Positions 11,695 through 22,814 of a DNA stretch of 64,000 nucleotides are shown here, piece after piece. Source of the stretch: Eledone cirrhosa (lineage: Eukaryota); contig OZ024743.1 of assembly GCA_964016885.1 (NCBI GenBank), forward strand, positions 326,864,001 through 326,928,000, in the 5' to 3' direction. How positions within the stretch are numbered: position 1 is the stretch's first letter; each line of letters opens with the position of its first letter. The notes beneath the pieces were generated by a model. That model was not told the DNA's origin. It worked only from the letters and a program-made list of their open reading frames with translations, and searched no databases. Made by a program: the position numbers and the translations under genes.

Positions 11695-11937
11695 TCAAAA
11701 ACAAGATGGCGTAGGACAAAACAAAGAAAAGAATCCCCAGTCAATGAAGAGGTCACAGAATGTGTGACGTAAGAACTTTGACAATATATGAACAACCTTC
11801 CGGTTGTGGAACCAACCAACCAACCGGAAATTTATAAATTCTTAAATTTATAAATTTAACTTATAATAAATTGGAGTGAAAGCAACTGGTGCATGTGTTT
11901 CTTATTGGCAACATGACCCTCCCAAAGCATAACAATC
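11695..11937 (+). mobile_element. Penelope-like terminal repeat fragment with a mutated hammerhead
   Basis: Close copy of 14618-14873. The hammerhead core is altered to ATGAAGA and GTAA. Confidence 0.7.
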
Positions 11938-11976
11938 ATTTCATCATTTCATTTCATTTTACGTCCTCCGCTTTTT

Positions 11977-11979
<3 letters not shown>

Positions 11980-12033
<54 letters not shown>
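11980..12033. repeat. (TA)n microsatellite
   Basis: Pure TA run. Confidence 0.95.
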
Positions 12034-12037
<4 letters not shown>

Positions 12038-12239
12038 TAAAGTTAGTCCTTCATCAGTGATCTTCCAACCATCATTGGTATTTCATCGCTTTAAAGACCA
12101 TATACCTCCGGTTGGTGCGAGCAATGGCTAAAAAAAGTCGTTGGGACACGTAAATAAAGGGGACACGAGAGCGTAAACAAACAAAGATGGTGAAGCAACG
12201 AAAAGTGAGGAAGAAAGAGTCAAGTCCCAAATTCCCATG

Positions 12240-12480
12240 AATATAAGTTCGGTGAAATCGTGAACGAGAGAGAATAAAGACCATCAAACCTAGTTGGAAT
12301 GTGAGCAAGGAAGGAATTCCGTACAGGTCTAACGGGAGGAAGAAGGGATCTAGTCTGTGAATTCGGTGAACGTAAGTTCTGTGAAATCGTAGACGAGAGA
12401 GAGAAAAAAAGCGACCTGCCTGACCAAGGGTGCGAAAGAAAAGAATTACGCACAGGTCAAACGGGAAGAAGGAGGAGGAG
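12240..12480. repeat. Two diverged ~130-bp tandem units in an unclassified purine-rich repeat
   Basis: GTTC.GTGAAATCGT..ACGAGAGAGA and GAATT.CG.ACAGGTC.AACGGGA each occur twice, ~130 bp apart. Confidence 0.55.
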
Positions 12481-12677
12481 GAGAGATAGTAACAGAGAGT
12501 GATTGAGTGAAGGGTGAGGAAGAGGCTAACAGAGAGAGTGACTGTTAGAGAGGGTAAAGATACAGAGAAAGAGGTAGCAGTAAGAACGAAATAGACGGGT
12601 CACTGCGGGGGAAAAAATATGTGTAAATATGAGAATAAACGTGCTGCGTGGTTGCTAATGGGTTATATATATATATA

Positions 12678-13721
12678 TAAACGGAAAAAATAAAACGAAA
12701 TTTCATTTCTCACTCTTAGTACGGCTGTTACTTAAATATAAGTATGTATACGTACATACATATATGTATACAGACGTACAGTAGTATGTATATATATATA
12801 CATACATGCACACATATATATATGTACGTATGGATTCACCGAACATTTATTATAATGCTCGGTGTGTTTGTAAACAAACATCCCGTATTAAGCCGTACAG
12901 TGTCTAGCAACCATCGTTGCTCATTTGTTCAACACTGACAAAGGAACGCTGTACTAGTTTCAAGCTTATTAGCTATCGTCAGCAACGTATACCTTCCTGC
13001 CAGATGATTGAACGTCTGAAAGTATATACTTTCCTTATGCATATTAACGGCTGAGCAGCCTAATTTGCATATCGAGTGAGTTAATCAGCCGGGGTACCGA
13101 AAACGATAAACGGAAAAAATGAAACGAAATTTCATTTCTCACTCTTAGTACGGCTGTTACTTAAATATAAGTATGTATACGTACATACATATATGTATAC
13201 AGACGTACAGTAGTATGTATATATATATATATGTATACATACATGCACACATATATATATATGTACGTATGGATTCACCGAACATTTATTATAATGCTCG
13301 GTGTGTTTGTAAACAAACATCCCGTATTAAGCCGTACAGTATCTAGCAACCATCATTGCTCATTTGTTCAACACTGACAAAGGAACGCTGTACTAGTTTC
13401 AAGCTAGTTTCAGCCATTAATATGCATATGGAAAGTATATACTTTCGGACGTTCAATCATCTGGCAGGAAGGTATACTTTGCTGACGATAGCTAATAAAC
13501 TTGAAACTAGTACAGCGTTCCTTTGTCAGTGTTGAACAAACGAACAAAGGTGGTTGCTAGACACTACGGCTTAATACGGGATGTTTGTTTACAAACACAC
13601 CGAGCATTACAATAAATGTTCGGTGAATCCATACGTACATATATATATGTGTGCATGTATGTATATATATATATACATACTACTGTACGTCTGTATACAT
13701 ATATGTATGTACGTATACATA

Positions 13722-13728
<7 letters not shown>
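12678..13728. repeat. Foldback structure: 429-bp unit, partial direct copy, then inverted copy
   Basis: A = 12678-13106, B = 13107-13405 (direct copy), C = 13410-13728 (reverse complement of 12736-13054). (TA)n on both sides. Confidence 0.9.
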
Positions 13729-13764
<36 letters not shown>

Positions 13765-14237
13765 CAATATGTTGAAAAGGTAACACACCAGAGAGAGATA
13801 TACAGTACGTTATCAATGAAACAGGGAAAAAAGCACCAGTGTATGGAATCTATAACCTATGAAAGGCAGACTATAGACACGATAATTAAAAATATAAATT
13901 AATGCGTAAATAAATACCTCTATAACTATATAACACACGTACAAATCCAAAGATATGTTTCACCAAAAATTTGTTGAAAGAAATGGTCTAGTCTCGGTTC
14001 ATCAGCGTGTGTAAGGCTATACATTTCAGACAACACTAAGAGAATTTTAAAAGTGACTGTCCAGCTACACGTGGGAGAGAGAAGTCACAGTGTGTTTAAG
14101 GGCAGTGAACCAGTGGCCTCTGAGGGACGAGCTGCTAGAAAGGGCAGCCCAAAACCACTCAGAGAAGTGTGCTCAACCAAACAGAGAGATAGGAAAGACT
14201 GTTATAAGGAGCGAAATATCACGATATACTAGGAGTA

Positions 14238-14477
14238 GGGGAACGGATAAATGAACACTGGCGAGACCTTCAAGATAGTAAAGAATCATCTGTACTCTAC
14301 CAACATGCTAAAATAGAACATAAGGGTAAATTAGAGAACATAGAAATAAAAATAGAATCTACACACAGAAAAGATGCAATGTTTAGACAAATCACAGAGG
14401 CAATAAACATAAAAGAATTACAACCAAAATTAAATAGAAAACATGAGTGGAACAGCAACATCACAACTTACAATTAA
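14238..14477 (+). pseudogene. GIY-YIG endonuclease C-terminal fragment of a Penelope-like element
   Basis: Manual translation GERINEHWRDLQDSKESSVLYQHAKIEHKGKLENIEIKIESTHRKDAMFRQITEAINIKELQPKLNRKHEWN shows the R..EH, H...H, R...EA..I and LN pattern. Confidence 0.78.
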
Positions 14478-14678
14478 GGACAAAATGAAAACACACACGC
14501 ACATAGAACAAACAACCAACCTGTAACATGTAAATAAACAAATAAATAAACGAATATTAACACACACAGACACCCAGATGTGGCGCATGCGCAGACTGAG
14601 CACACAACACACACACAGAAACAAGATGGCGTAGGACAGAACAAAGGAGAGGCACAAAAACAAAGAAAAGAATCCCCA

Positions 14679-14721
14679 GTCACTGAAGAGGTCACAGAAT
14701 GTGTGACGAAAGAACTTTGAC
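14679..14721 (+). ncRNA. Minimal type I hammerhead ribozyme motif, imperfect
   Basis: GTCA-CTGAAGA-G-GTCACA/TGTGAC-GAAA-GAAC-TT-TGAC: stem I GTCA/TGAC, 6-bp stem II, very short stem III. Confidence 0.6.
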
Positions 14722-14930
14722 AATATATAAACAACCATCTGGTTGTGGAATCAACCAGCCAACCGGAAATTTATAAATTCCTAAATTTATAAATTTATTA
14801 TAATAAATTGAAGTGAAAGCAACTGGTGCGTGTGTTTCTTATTGGCAACAGGACCCTCCCAAAGTATAACAATATCGGTTTCAACACAGGTTTTCAGATA
14901 AAGAATCTTGCTAAACAAATTCAGAAATGA

Positions 14931-15104
<174 letters not shown>

Positions 15105-15179
15105 GGTAAACACGAACTTCATCCGTTCCCATGTCGATTCAATTTGGATTGCCTTGGAAACAACCTTATTATGTAACAA

Positions 15180-15253
15180 GCTGTCTGATGATGTCACGAC
15201 ACTCGTACACAGAACAGTGTGGCCAGTGTCGTCATTGAAATATATATCACAGC
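15180..15253 (+). ncRNA. Minimal type I hammerhead ribozyme with canonical core
   Basis: Stem I GCTGT/ACAGC, CTGATGA at 15185-15191, stem II ACGACACT/AGTGTCGT, GAAA at 15237-15240, palindromic TATATA stem-loop III, ATC triplet (predicted cut after 15248). Confidence 0.8.
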
Positions 15254-15405
15254 ATTATTATTAAAGGACTTGAACATCTGAAACTGTTCTCACCACCTCC
15301 GCCCATGTTTTTCGTGCATATATTTATATAAAGCATATTATATTATATACATACACACACACATTATATGTACATATACATATATGTATCTATGTATATT
15401 TTGGA

Positions 15406-15593
15406 CATATAATATTTTGGAAAAAGTACATACTTTAAGGTGGAAAAGTTCTTATTTTCCTTACGGTGCTGTTTCATAGTTTGTAAACTGAAGCAGAAAT
15501 CGATCTAAGCACTCGATTATTGATTACCGACTGTCAATTTTGGTAAAGCTATGGGAGACCGTAAAGTATGTACTTTTTCCTAAATATTATATG
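15406..15593. mobile_element. MITE-like element with 32-bp inverted ends
   Basis: CATATAATATTTTGGAAAAAGTACATACTTTA versus TAAAGTATGTACTTTTTCCTAAATATTATATG (one mismatch). Confidence 0.7.
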
Positions 15594-15996
15594 CTTTATA
15601 TATATGTACAAAATATACACATATATATATATATATGAGTGTGTCTGTGTATAGCGAAATCCCTTCACAAACTGAATCCTGGATGGCCCTTAGCTGTCAT
15701 TTTCTCTGTTATCTGGGTTGCCGTCAGTTTGTCTGGAATGGCACATCATTTGAGGTGAAAGCAAAATAACTTCTTTCACTCAGTCTACTCTGGCCCCCCA
15801 AAAAAGACGCATCAAATCAACCTGCTCAAGAAACTAGCAAAATGTAACACTTATCAAAAAAGCTTCGACCTTCTTGGCAAGGGCCTAGCAACATTCTTCC
15901 ATTGGCATTTCAACACATCAACAAAGTTTTGGTGAATACAACTTTAATAATACTTTTACAAACAAACAAAAACATATACACATCTTGACAAATAAT

Positions 15997-16193
15997 TGTT
16001 TCTACTTTAGGCACAAGGCCAGCAATTACCCAGTGCATTACTGGTACTTTATTTTATCGACCCCGTAAGGATGAAAGGCAAAGTCAACCTCGGCGGGATT
16101 TGAACTCAGATCGTAAAGGGACGTAACTATGCTGGAAAGCATGGCGTCCGACCCTCTACCGATACTGCCAATCCACCGCCCTTCAATCCACCG
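15997..16193 (-). mobile_element. Deu/Nin-domain tRNA SINE with 18-bp TSD
   Basis: B-box GAGTTCAAATCC and TTTGCCTTTCATCCTTACGGGGTCGATAAAA. TSD CACATCTTGACAAATAAT at 15979-15996 and 16194-16211. Confidence 0.9.
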
Positions 16194-16469
16194 CACATCT
16201 TGACAAATAATGTCACACAATTCCTGTTTATTTGCTCTTAGTATATTTTCATATAGTCATATCCAATAAATTAGTAACATAGTGGCTTTGTGTTATCGTG
16301 ATTTTTTATATATTTCATTTCCTACATGATCAAGAAACTATCATATTATCATCATCTTACTTGCACACATGCTATATCTGGTCACATTGTCAACAGCAAC
16401 CACACCACTCAACAATCCACAAGTGAGTACACACACAACAATGAATCCATGCCACCATTCAATCAGCTC

Positions 16470-16522
16470 TATCATCATCATCATCGTTTAAGGTCCATCG
16501 TCCACGCTAGCATGGGTTAGAC
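16470..16522 (-). mobile_element. 3' tail fragment of the (GAT)n SINE
   Basis: ATCATCATC...TCCACGCTAGCATGGGTTAGAC. Confidence 0.65.
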
Positions 16523-16830
16523 ATGTTTGTCCCACTTGAGGCAAGATTGGTCAGGTGACCGTGTCTCGCTCGTATAGAACTATATATATCAGGATAGAAC
16601 CAGATAAAACTAGTTAGACCATTACTCAACAGAATACTCAATACATTATAAAGAGTTAGGGCCCAACGGCTGAGCTCTTGCCATTCCAACAGCTGATTCC
16701 TGACTGATTGTCAAAAAGGCTCATGGTTAACTGACCATATCATCAGGGGCATGGCTTATCCATATAAAGGTATAAGCTGATCATCCAACTGTAAACAAAA
16801 TGTGTTAGTATTATCTATTTAGCTATATTT

Positions 16831-16903
16831 ACAGTGTGGGCTAGGTGCTTTTTTGCTGTGGCACCTCCACGACCACCTTGCGGTGGGGGGTATGGGGGCA
16901 TAT
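16831..16903 (-). mobile_element. 5' fragment of the (GAT)n SINE, inverted relative to the 17294 copy
   Basis: Reverse complement of ATATGCCCCCATACCCCCCACCGCAAGGTGGTCGTGGAGGTGCC. Confidence 0.75.
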
Positions 16904-17293
16904 ATATATTATCTATCAATCTATATACTACTAAAACTCTGTGATTGCTTGCTTACTTGCTTGTCTGTAATGTAATACAGCCAAAAGGGCGCATAATGGG
17001 AAAATATTTTGAAAGGAAGTTGACCCTGAAATGGGAATACAAATGGAATAAAACAAGTTTTGAGTAAATCGGAGGACGGGTTCTCGAGATATGTTGTGAG
17101 AGACTAGATTGAAAGAGAGACAGAGAGAAGGAGAATGGAAGAGAGAGAGCTGGTGGTGTTGTTGTGTATATATAGGTGAGTGTGTGAGTGTGTGTGTCTA
17201 TGACCAGTGTATATAGATCACAGACACCCACATATATATATATATACACACACACATATACATATATATATATATATGTATACATACACACAC

Positions 17294-17543
17294 ATATGCC
17301 CCCATACCCCCCACCGCAAGGTGGTCGTGGAGGTGCCATGGCAAAAAAGCACCCAGCACTCACTGTAAATGAGGTTGGTGTTAGGAAGGGCATCCAGCTG
17401 TAGAAATCAAGCCAGAATCAGTTCCTGTATGAGCAAGGCATGGTCAGCTGACCAGACACTGCCCACAACAGGACAACCCGTCTAACCCATGCTAGCGTGG
17501 AAGAACGGACGTAAAACGGTGATGATGATGATGATGATGATGA
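17294..17543 (+). mobile_element. (GAT)n-tailed SINE
   Basis: Same family as 246-532. Confidence 0.85.
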
Positions 17544-17662
17544 CACACATTTATATATATACATACACACACGTATATATATGGGCCTTCCAGTTTCATT
17601 TCACATTATATATATGTCTGTATATTTTGATTATTTAAAAATTATTTTGAAGTGAAGATGAC

Positions 17663-17794
17663 CCGTTCTTCCACGCTAGCATGGGTTAGACGGGTTGTCC
17701 TGTTGTGGGCAGTGTCTGGTCAGCTGACCATGCCTTGCTCATACAGGAACTGATTCTGGCTTGATTTCTACAGCTGGATGCCCTTCCTAACACC
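17663..17794 (-). mobile_element. Inverted near-identical copy of 17377-17508
   Basis: Reverse-complement match over ~130 bp by eye. Confidence 0.85.
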
Positions 17795-17977
17795 AGGTGG
17801 TCTAGTTTATCAATAAAATTATTTGACCAATATTTCTCAAAGAAAAATGAAAATTTGGACCTCACTCTCCACAAGTTAAAAGAGCGAGAGGGAATAAACA
17901 ACATTCTCAATATGGCGATTCCATGCTAATTTTTGGCTCTAGAATACACGTGTAGCTCAACTTATTGCATTATTTCA

Positions 17978-18157
17978 TGGTGAATTGGCAGTATTGGTAG
18001 AGGGTCGGACATGCTTTCCAGCACAGTTACGTCCCTTTACGATCTGAGTTCAAATCCTGCCGAGGTTAACTTTGCCTTTCATCCTTACGGGGTCGATAAA
18101 ACAAAGTACCAGTAATGTACTGGGTAATTGCTGGCCTTGTGCCTAAAATAGAAACAA
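17978..18157 (+). mobile_element. Deu/Nin-domain tRNA SINE
   Basis: Same family as 15997-16193, with a flanking TTATTTCA duplication. Confidence 0.88.
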
Positions 18158-18604
18158 TTATTTCACAGAAATATATGTTTACTTAACAATTTGTCCATTT
18201 TAAAAAATTCTGGCTCAAAATTGATATTTGAAACCTTGGATTAGTATTTGGTTTCAGCTACACCGCACAGGAATACTCCATTTTGGAAAGTAGCATCAAT
18301 ATGTATTACAAACATCCATAGTATTCCCCTTTTTATTGACTTTGCGCTTTTGCGCCATCTCGTAGCTAGAATCAGTATTGAATTTGCAAGAAATTTTTTT
18401 TCCTTATGGTATAAAAATCTTGAAGAAAATATGTTCTTTACTAAGTGAAAATTAACGATAAAATTTTCACTTTTATATTTCTTAACGATTATATGACCTA
18501 TTCCCATCGATTTTTATATCAAAAAGAAAAGGATCGATCAACTTTTGTCAAATCGGACTGAGGAAACAATGTTTTCGTCGGTCTTTCCAGTTGCTAGTAC
18601 TATC

Positions 18605-18738
18605 TATCAGTTGCAACTCCAGGTAGAAGCAACGTGAAATAAAGTGTCTTGATCAAGGACATAATGCATCACCCGGCCCAGGAATCGAACTCACAACCTC
18701 AAGATTGTGAATCCAATTTTCTAACCACTCAGCCACAC
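18605..18738 (-). mobile_element. CORE-type tRNA SINE 5' part
   Basis: Minus strand TGGCTGAGTGGTTAG...GTTCGATTCCTGG...CCTTGATCAAGACACTTTATTTCACGTTGCT. Confidence 0.8.
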
Positions 18739-19122
18739 TTTATATCAAAATAAAGCAAAAGAAAGTCCTTTTCACGACTGTATCATTTTCAACACAAATC
18801 AAGTTATAGTGCTCCAGTGAATTGAAGTAGAACTAGCATTACCGTTCAGCTGTCAAACGCGAAAACAGGACAAAAGTTGTAAATGGATGGAAATCCGAGA
18901 GTGATTGAGGGGATCTGGCAAAGTATGTTTGAAGAAAATTCACATCCAGAACTTTCATATTATATATGTATAAGTATTTTGACATGAAAATGATCAAGCA
19001 AAAAGTGAATTTTGTGCAGTCAAACTGTGTTTGTTACCCCTTCTCAAAGCTCTACTGTAATACTTAATAATATTATGTTTACTAAACCCTCACAATAATA
19101 ATTCACATACGCATTCATTTAA

Positions 19123-19361
19123 CCCTTTCAATAACATCCCCACCTGAAACTGCCTTTGGTTCTGTGTTAAAACTGTCCATTTTAAAATGTTAATATCTAA
19201 ATAAAAACATTCCATCATAATTTTATTTAAGAACTTTTCTGTTATATAACACTGGTTTGAAGAAAATGTTATTTTACTAAATATCTCCAAATTCTTTATT
19301 ATTTTCAAAATTGTTTTAAACGCATTCAATGTATTTCATAAAAAATATGGCAATGAAAGGG
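19123..19361. mobile_element. TTAA-flanked MITE (piggyBac-like ends)
   Basis: TTAA|CCCTTTCA...TGAAAGGG|TTAA. Confidence 0.8.
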
Positions 19362-20064
19362 TTAATGTTTCTTTTTCTATTTAACGTTTCTTAGCTGAGT
19401 TTTATCTCTGCCTCTCCCATTTTTCTTTTTCCATTTAACCAGCCTAACCTGGAAAGTTTGCCAAAAGAAGGAAGGAAGGCCAAGAATGAAGAAATAAATG
19501 ACTGTTTGTTCTTCTCCTCCTGTGTAAGTAGATTAAGTAGTTGAGTGGTGCTATATACTGTGGGTATTCTAGTGGAACTGGTTCTGGTCACCTGATGAAA
19601 GGGAGACATATATATCATCATCATCATTTAACTTCATGAAAGATAATGATATTTCAAGCAATTTATCATCACTGATAACCTCTGCTATCATTAAACTAAC
19701 ATAAATGCACTGAAACTGAATGAAAATGAAGAGCAGCTGTTTCCAGTAATATTGTATGGTATGTCATGGAAAGACATGGTATGATTTTGTATGGCATATT
19801 ATAGCATGAAATGGTAACTATATTGAAAAACTGAATATGGTTTACAAAACAAACAAATTGAAAGAAAATAATCAGAGAAAACAAAATGAAAACAAAAAGA
19901 AAAAAACATGGCAGAAGACACACACTCAATCACATGCTACTACAGGGAGCACAGGAGTCTCCTTCTAATAATTTTTAGGCAAGTCAACACACTCACAGCT
20001 ATGTTATGGGTGATGGCAAGGTTAAGAGGCTGGAATAACCAAGTACTCTCACCAGGAAGATTAC

Positions 20065-20153
20065 CTGATACACCTGTAAGGTGAACTGCTAACAATGACA
20101 AAAACCCCACTGTCAGCTGTCCAGCTCCCCTAAAATTCCTTGAACACCACATT
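20065..20153 (-). CDS. Candidate first coding exon encoding a signal peptide
   Basis: Acceptor TATTTATTTCAG|A-ATG. Encodes MWCSRNFRGAGQLTVGFLSLLAVHLTGVS plus 1 nt. Phase-1 donor CAG|GTAATC. Confidence 0.4.
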
Positions 20154-20599
20154 CTGAAATAAATAGTTTACTGAAAGCCCTGGTATTTTAGAATATTATT
20201 ACATTCTACTACAGATGCAGTGACCCCAACCTTTACTGCAGCATCCAGGTTGTGGGAAGGAGCAAAAGAGCCGCTGACTGTGGCATCCCGTATGAGACAT
20301 CTACCTCTTACCCAGGATCAAAAGATAAGACCATCTGGCCTCTTCCCACCAGCCCTGGACAATTCAGCTGGTTCCAAACTTGAGATGACAGTATTATGCA
20401 ACATGTTATGACATATTATGTTATTGTTATTGTTTGGTATGGTATGTTAAAGAATGGTGTGTATGTTATAGTATTGTATGGTATTGTACTCTATGAGTTA
20501 TAGAATTAATAGTACATTATGGTGTGTTATGGTAAGTTATAATATTGTATGATATGGTTATAGTATTGTACTTTATGGGATATAATACTATTATAATGG

Positions 20600-20815
20600 T
20601 CTCTGATTTAGGCACAAGGCCAAACATTTTGGGGGAGGGGAAAGTCAATTAAATCGACCCCAGTGTGTTACTGGTACTTTATTTTATCAACCCTAAAGAT
20701 GAAAAGCAAAGCTAACATCAGCAGGATTTGAAATCAGAACATAAATGGCCGTAACTCTATGCCGCAAAGCATGGTGTCCAACGTTCTATGATACTACCAA
20801 TCTCCCGCCCTTTGT
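20600..20815 (-). mobile_element. Deu/Nin-domain SINE with 19-bp TSD
   Basis: TSD TATAATACTATTATAATGG at 20581-20599 and 20816-20834, inside an AT-rich pentamer low-complexity tract. Confidence 0.85.
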
Positions 20816-20914
20816 TATAATACTATTATAATGGCATGCCTTGGTATGTTATATGGTATTGTATAGTTTAGTATAGTATGGCATGACATAGTATAGTATT
20901 ATATAGTTCGTTAT

Positions 20915-21165
20915 AGTCTGTTCTAAGCTGAAGGCTCATCAGGTCAGTGCTTATCCCCTGGTTTTCTTGGCTAGCATAGGATGAGTATAAGACTCTCCCA
21001 GGATAGGATGCCAGTCTATAACAGGATTAACTCCCCAGCTACTGCTGGTACTCACTCTCAGCTGAGTGTACTGTAACAACATGAAGTAAAGTGTTTTGTT
21101 CAAGAACACACCACATGACGCAGTCCAGGAATCAAACTGACTACATTACGATCGTAAATCATGCA
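20915..21165 (-). mobile_element. CORE-type tRNA SINE, diverged
   Basis: Minus strand TTGATTCCTGGACTGCG...TTCTTGAACAAAACACTTTACTTCATGTTG...ACTCAGCTG. Confidence 0.7.
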
Positions 21166-21209
21166 CCTTTAGTATTATATAGTTTTGTATATATTGTATA
21201 TAGTATCAT

Positions 21210-21398
21210 ATGGACAGCATGCTTTGTGCATAGAGTTACGTCTCTTTACATTCTGAGTTCAAATCCCGCCGAGGTTAGCTTTGTCTTTCATCCTTATGTG
21301 GTTGATAAAATAAAGTACCAGTAACGCACTGGTGTCGATTTAATCAACTTTCCCCTCCCCCAAAATTGTTGGGCTTGTACCTAAATCAGAAACCATTT
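21210..21398 (+). mobile_element. Deu/Nin-domain SINE
   Basis: GAGTTCAAATCCCGCCGAGGTTAGCTTTGTCTTTCATCC...GATAAAATAAAGTACCAGT. Confidence 0.82.
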
Positions 21399-21522
21399 TT
21401 GATATGTAACCCTAGATTAGCCCTGATTGAGCTGACATGTAGTATGTAGGTAGACAGCAGAGTAACCAGATGTCATTCACAAATCTGCAGTTGAAAATCA
21501 TGAAGTTATTATTTAGCCTTAA

Positions 21523-21720
21523 CCCTTTAGCATTTAAACCGGCTAAAATTCTCTCACCTCTTTCTGTTCAAACCAGCCATAACTGGCCACTCATACCAAT
21601 GTTAAGGTATTGTTCTCAAAATAAATAACATCAAAATCTCATAGCTTCAATATTATGTGAGATAAAGCCTTTTGCACAAAAATACAATAGTATATATAAA
21701 GTAATGCAAATGCTATAGGG
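21523..21720. mobile_element. TTAA-flanked MITE, second family
   Basis: TTAA|CCCTTTAGCATTT...AAATGCTATAGGG|TTAA. Confidence 0.8.
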
Positions 21721-21953
21721 TTAAGTCAACACTCCTGAAGCACCCTATGATCAAAAGGGCATCTTATCCATGACAATCTTTAGGCTGAAATTTGAACTCA
21801 AAAACTTTATATTTTTATGTGGTTTTTATTAACTTTAACATCATCAATATTATCCCCCACCACCACCACTATCAGCAGCAACAACAACAACTGTACAATC
21901 AAAACGTAATTTAGAAAAACCCATGAAAAAATCTCTTTAAGAATAACTAAAAA

Positions 21954-22290
21954 AGGCACATGGCTTAGTGGTTAGAGCATTGGGTTTGCATTCGAAAGGT
22001 TGTGAGTTCAATTCTCAGACTGGGTGATGTGTTGTGACTTGAGCAAGATACTTTATTTCACGTTGCTCCAGTTTACTCAGCTTTAGAAATGAGTTGCGAT
22101 GTCACCGTTGCCAAGCTGTATTGGCCAAAGCCTTTCCCTTGGACATCATCAGTGGCGTGGAGAGAGGAGGCTGGTATGCATGGCCGACTGTTGGTCTTCC
22201 ACAAACAACCTCGCCAGGACTTGTGCCTCAGAGGGAAACTTTCTAGGTGCAAATCCCATGGCCATTCGTGAAAGAAGGGGATCTTTACCT
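21954..22290 (+). mobile_element. CORE-type tRNA SINE, full length
   Basis: A-box TGGCTTAGTGG, B-box GAGTTCAATTCT, CTTGAGCAAGATACTTTATTTCACGTTGCTCC, and CTTTAC-like tail. Confidence 0.85.
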
Positions 22291-22387
22291 TACTTTTTAA
22301 AATATTTAATCTTTAAAGTCTTTTCCATATTGCTTTTGTTTAGTCATCAAAGTTGATCACTGTTATCATTATTTTTTTTTAAGATTT

Positions 22388-22780
22388 TGGCAGTGGATTG
22401 ACAACATTATTCGAGTATTGGACAAATTTTATTAATCAACGTTCATAAAATAAAGTACCAGTCAAGTACTGGGGTCAATATAATCAAGTTTCACTCACCC
22501 ACCCCACTAACAAAATAAAATAAATAAAACAACTGGTCTAGTGCCAAAATTAAAAACCATAACTTTTGTAAAAGATTAATATGAGATATAATGACTGTTA
22601 GATGGTGGCAACGAATTGACAGAATCATTAGAATGTCAGATAGAATCTTCGCAGTATTTGTTCCATCTCACTACGCTATCTGAGTTCAAATCCTACTAAG
22701 GTTAACACTGCCTTTCAACCTTTCAACGTCAATATAGATAGTCGCAGTCTAGTATTAGGGTCAATTCCCCCACCCCCTCT
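22388..22780 (+). mobile_element. Two decayed Deu/Nin SINE copies
   Basis: ATAAAATAAAGTACCAGTCAAGTACTGGGGTC and TGAGTTCAAATCCT...GCCTTTCAACCTTTC remnants. Confidence 0.6.
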
Positions 22781-22814
22781 CTCAATTTCTCTCTCTCTGG
22801 AAGAAATCAACTAT

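Larger units (their letters stand above)
13756..14930 (+). mobile_element. Penelope-like retroelement 3' remnant
   Basis: GIY-YIG C-terminal remnant followed by a terminal repeat with a hammerhead motif, between (TA)n tracts. Left boundary uncertain. Confidence 0.7.
16920..18597 (+). mobile_element. Possible non-autonomous Helitron with nested SINEs
   Basis: 5' A|TCTATATACTACTAAAA followed by short GCTT repeats. 3' imperfect hairpin (18556-18583), then CTAG|T at 18594-18598. That the two ends belong together is inferred. Confidence 0.3.

Noticed and set aside
19443-19523. 81-nt plus-strand exon-like segment (polypyrimidine-AG, PNLESLPKEGRKAKNEEINDCLFFSSC, GTAAGT)
   Set aside because: Splice signals look good, but there is no partner exon or recognisable protein on that strand. 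Not supportable without RNA data.
21954-22025. tRNA genes at SINE heads (also 18670-18738 and 62494-62565)
   Set aside because: A and B boxes are present but run into CORE-type SINE bodies and do not give a clean cloverleaf.
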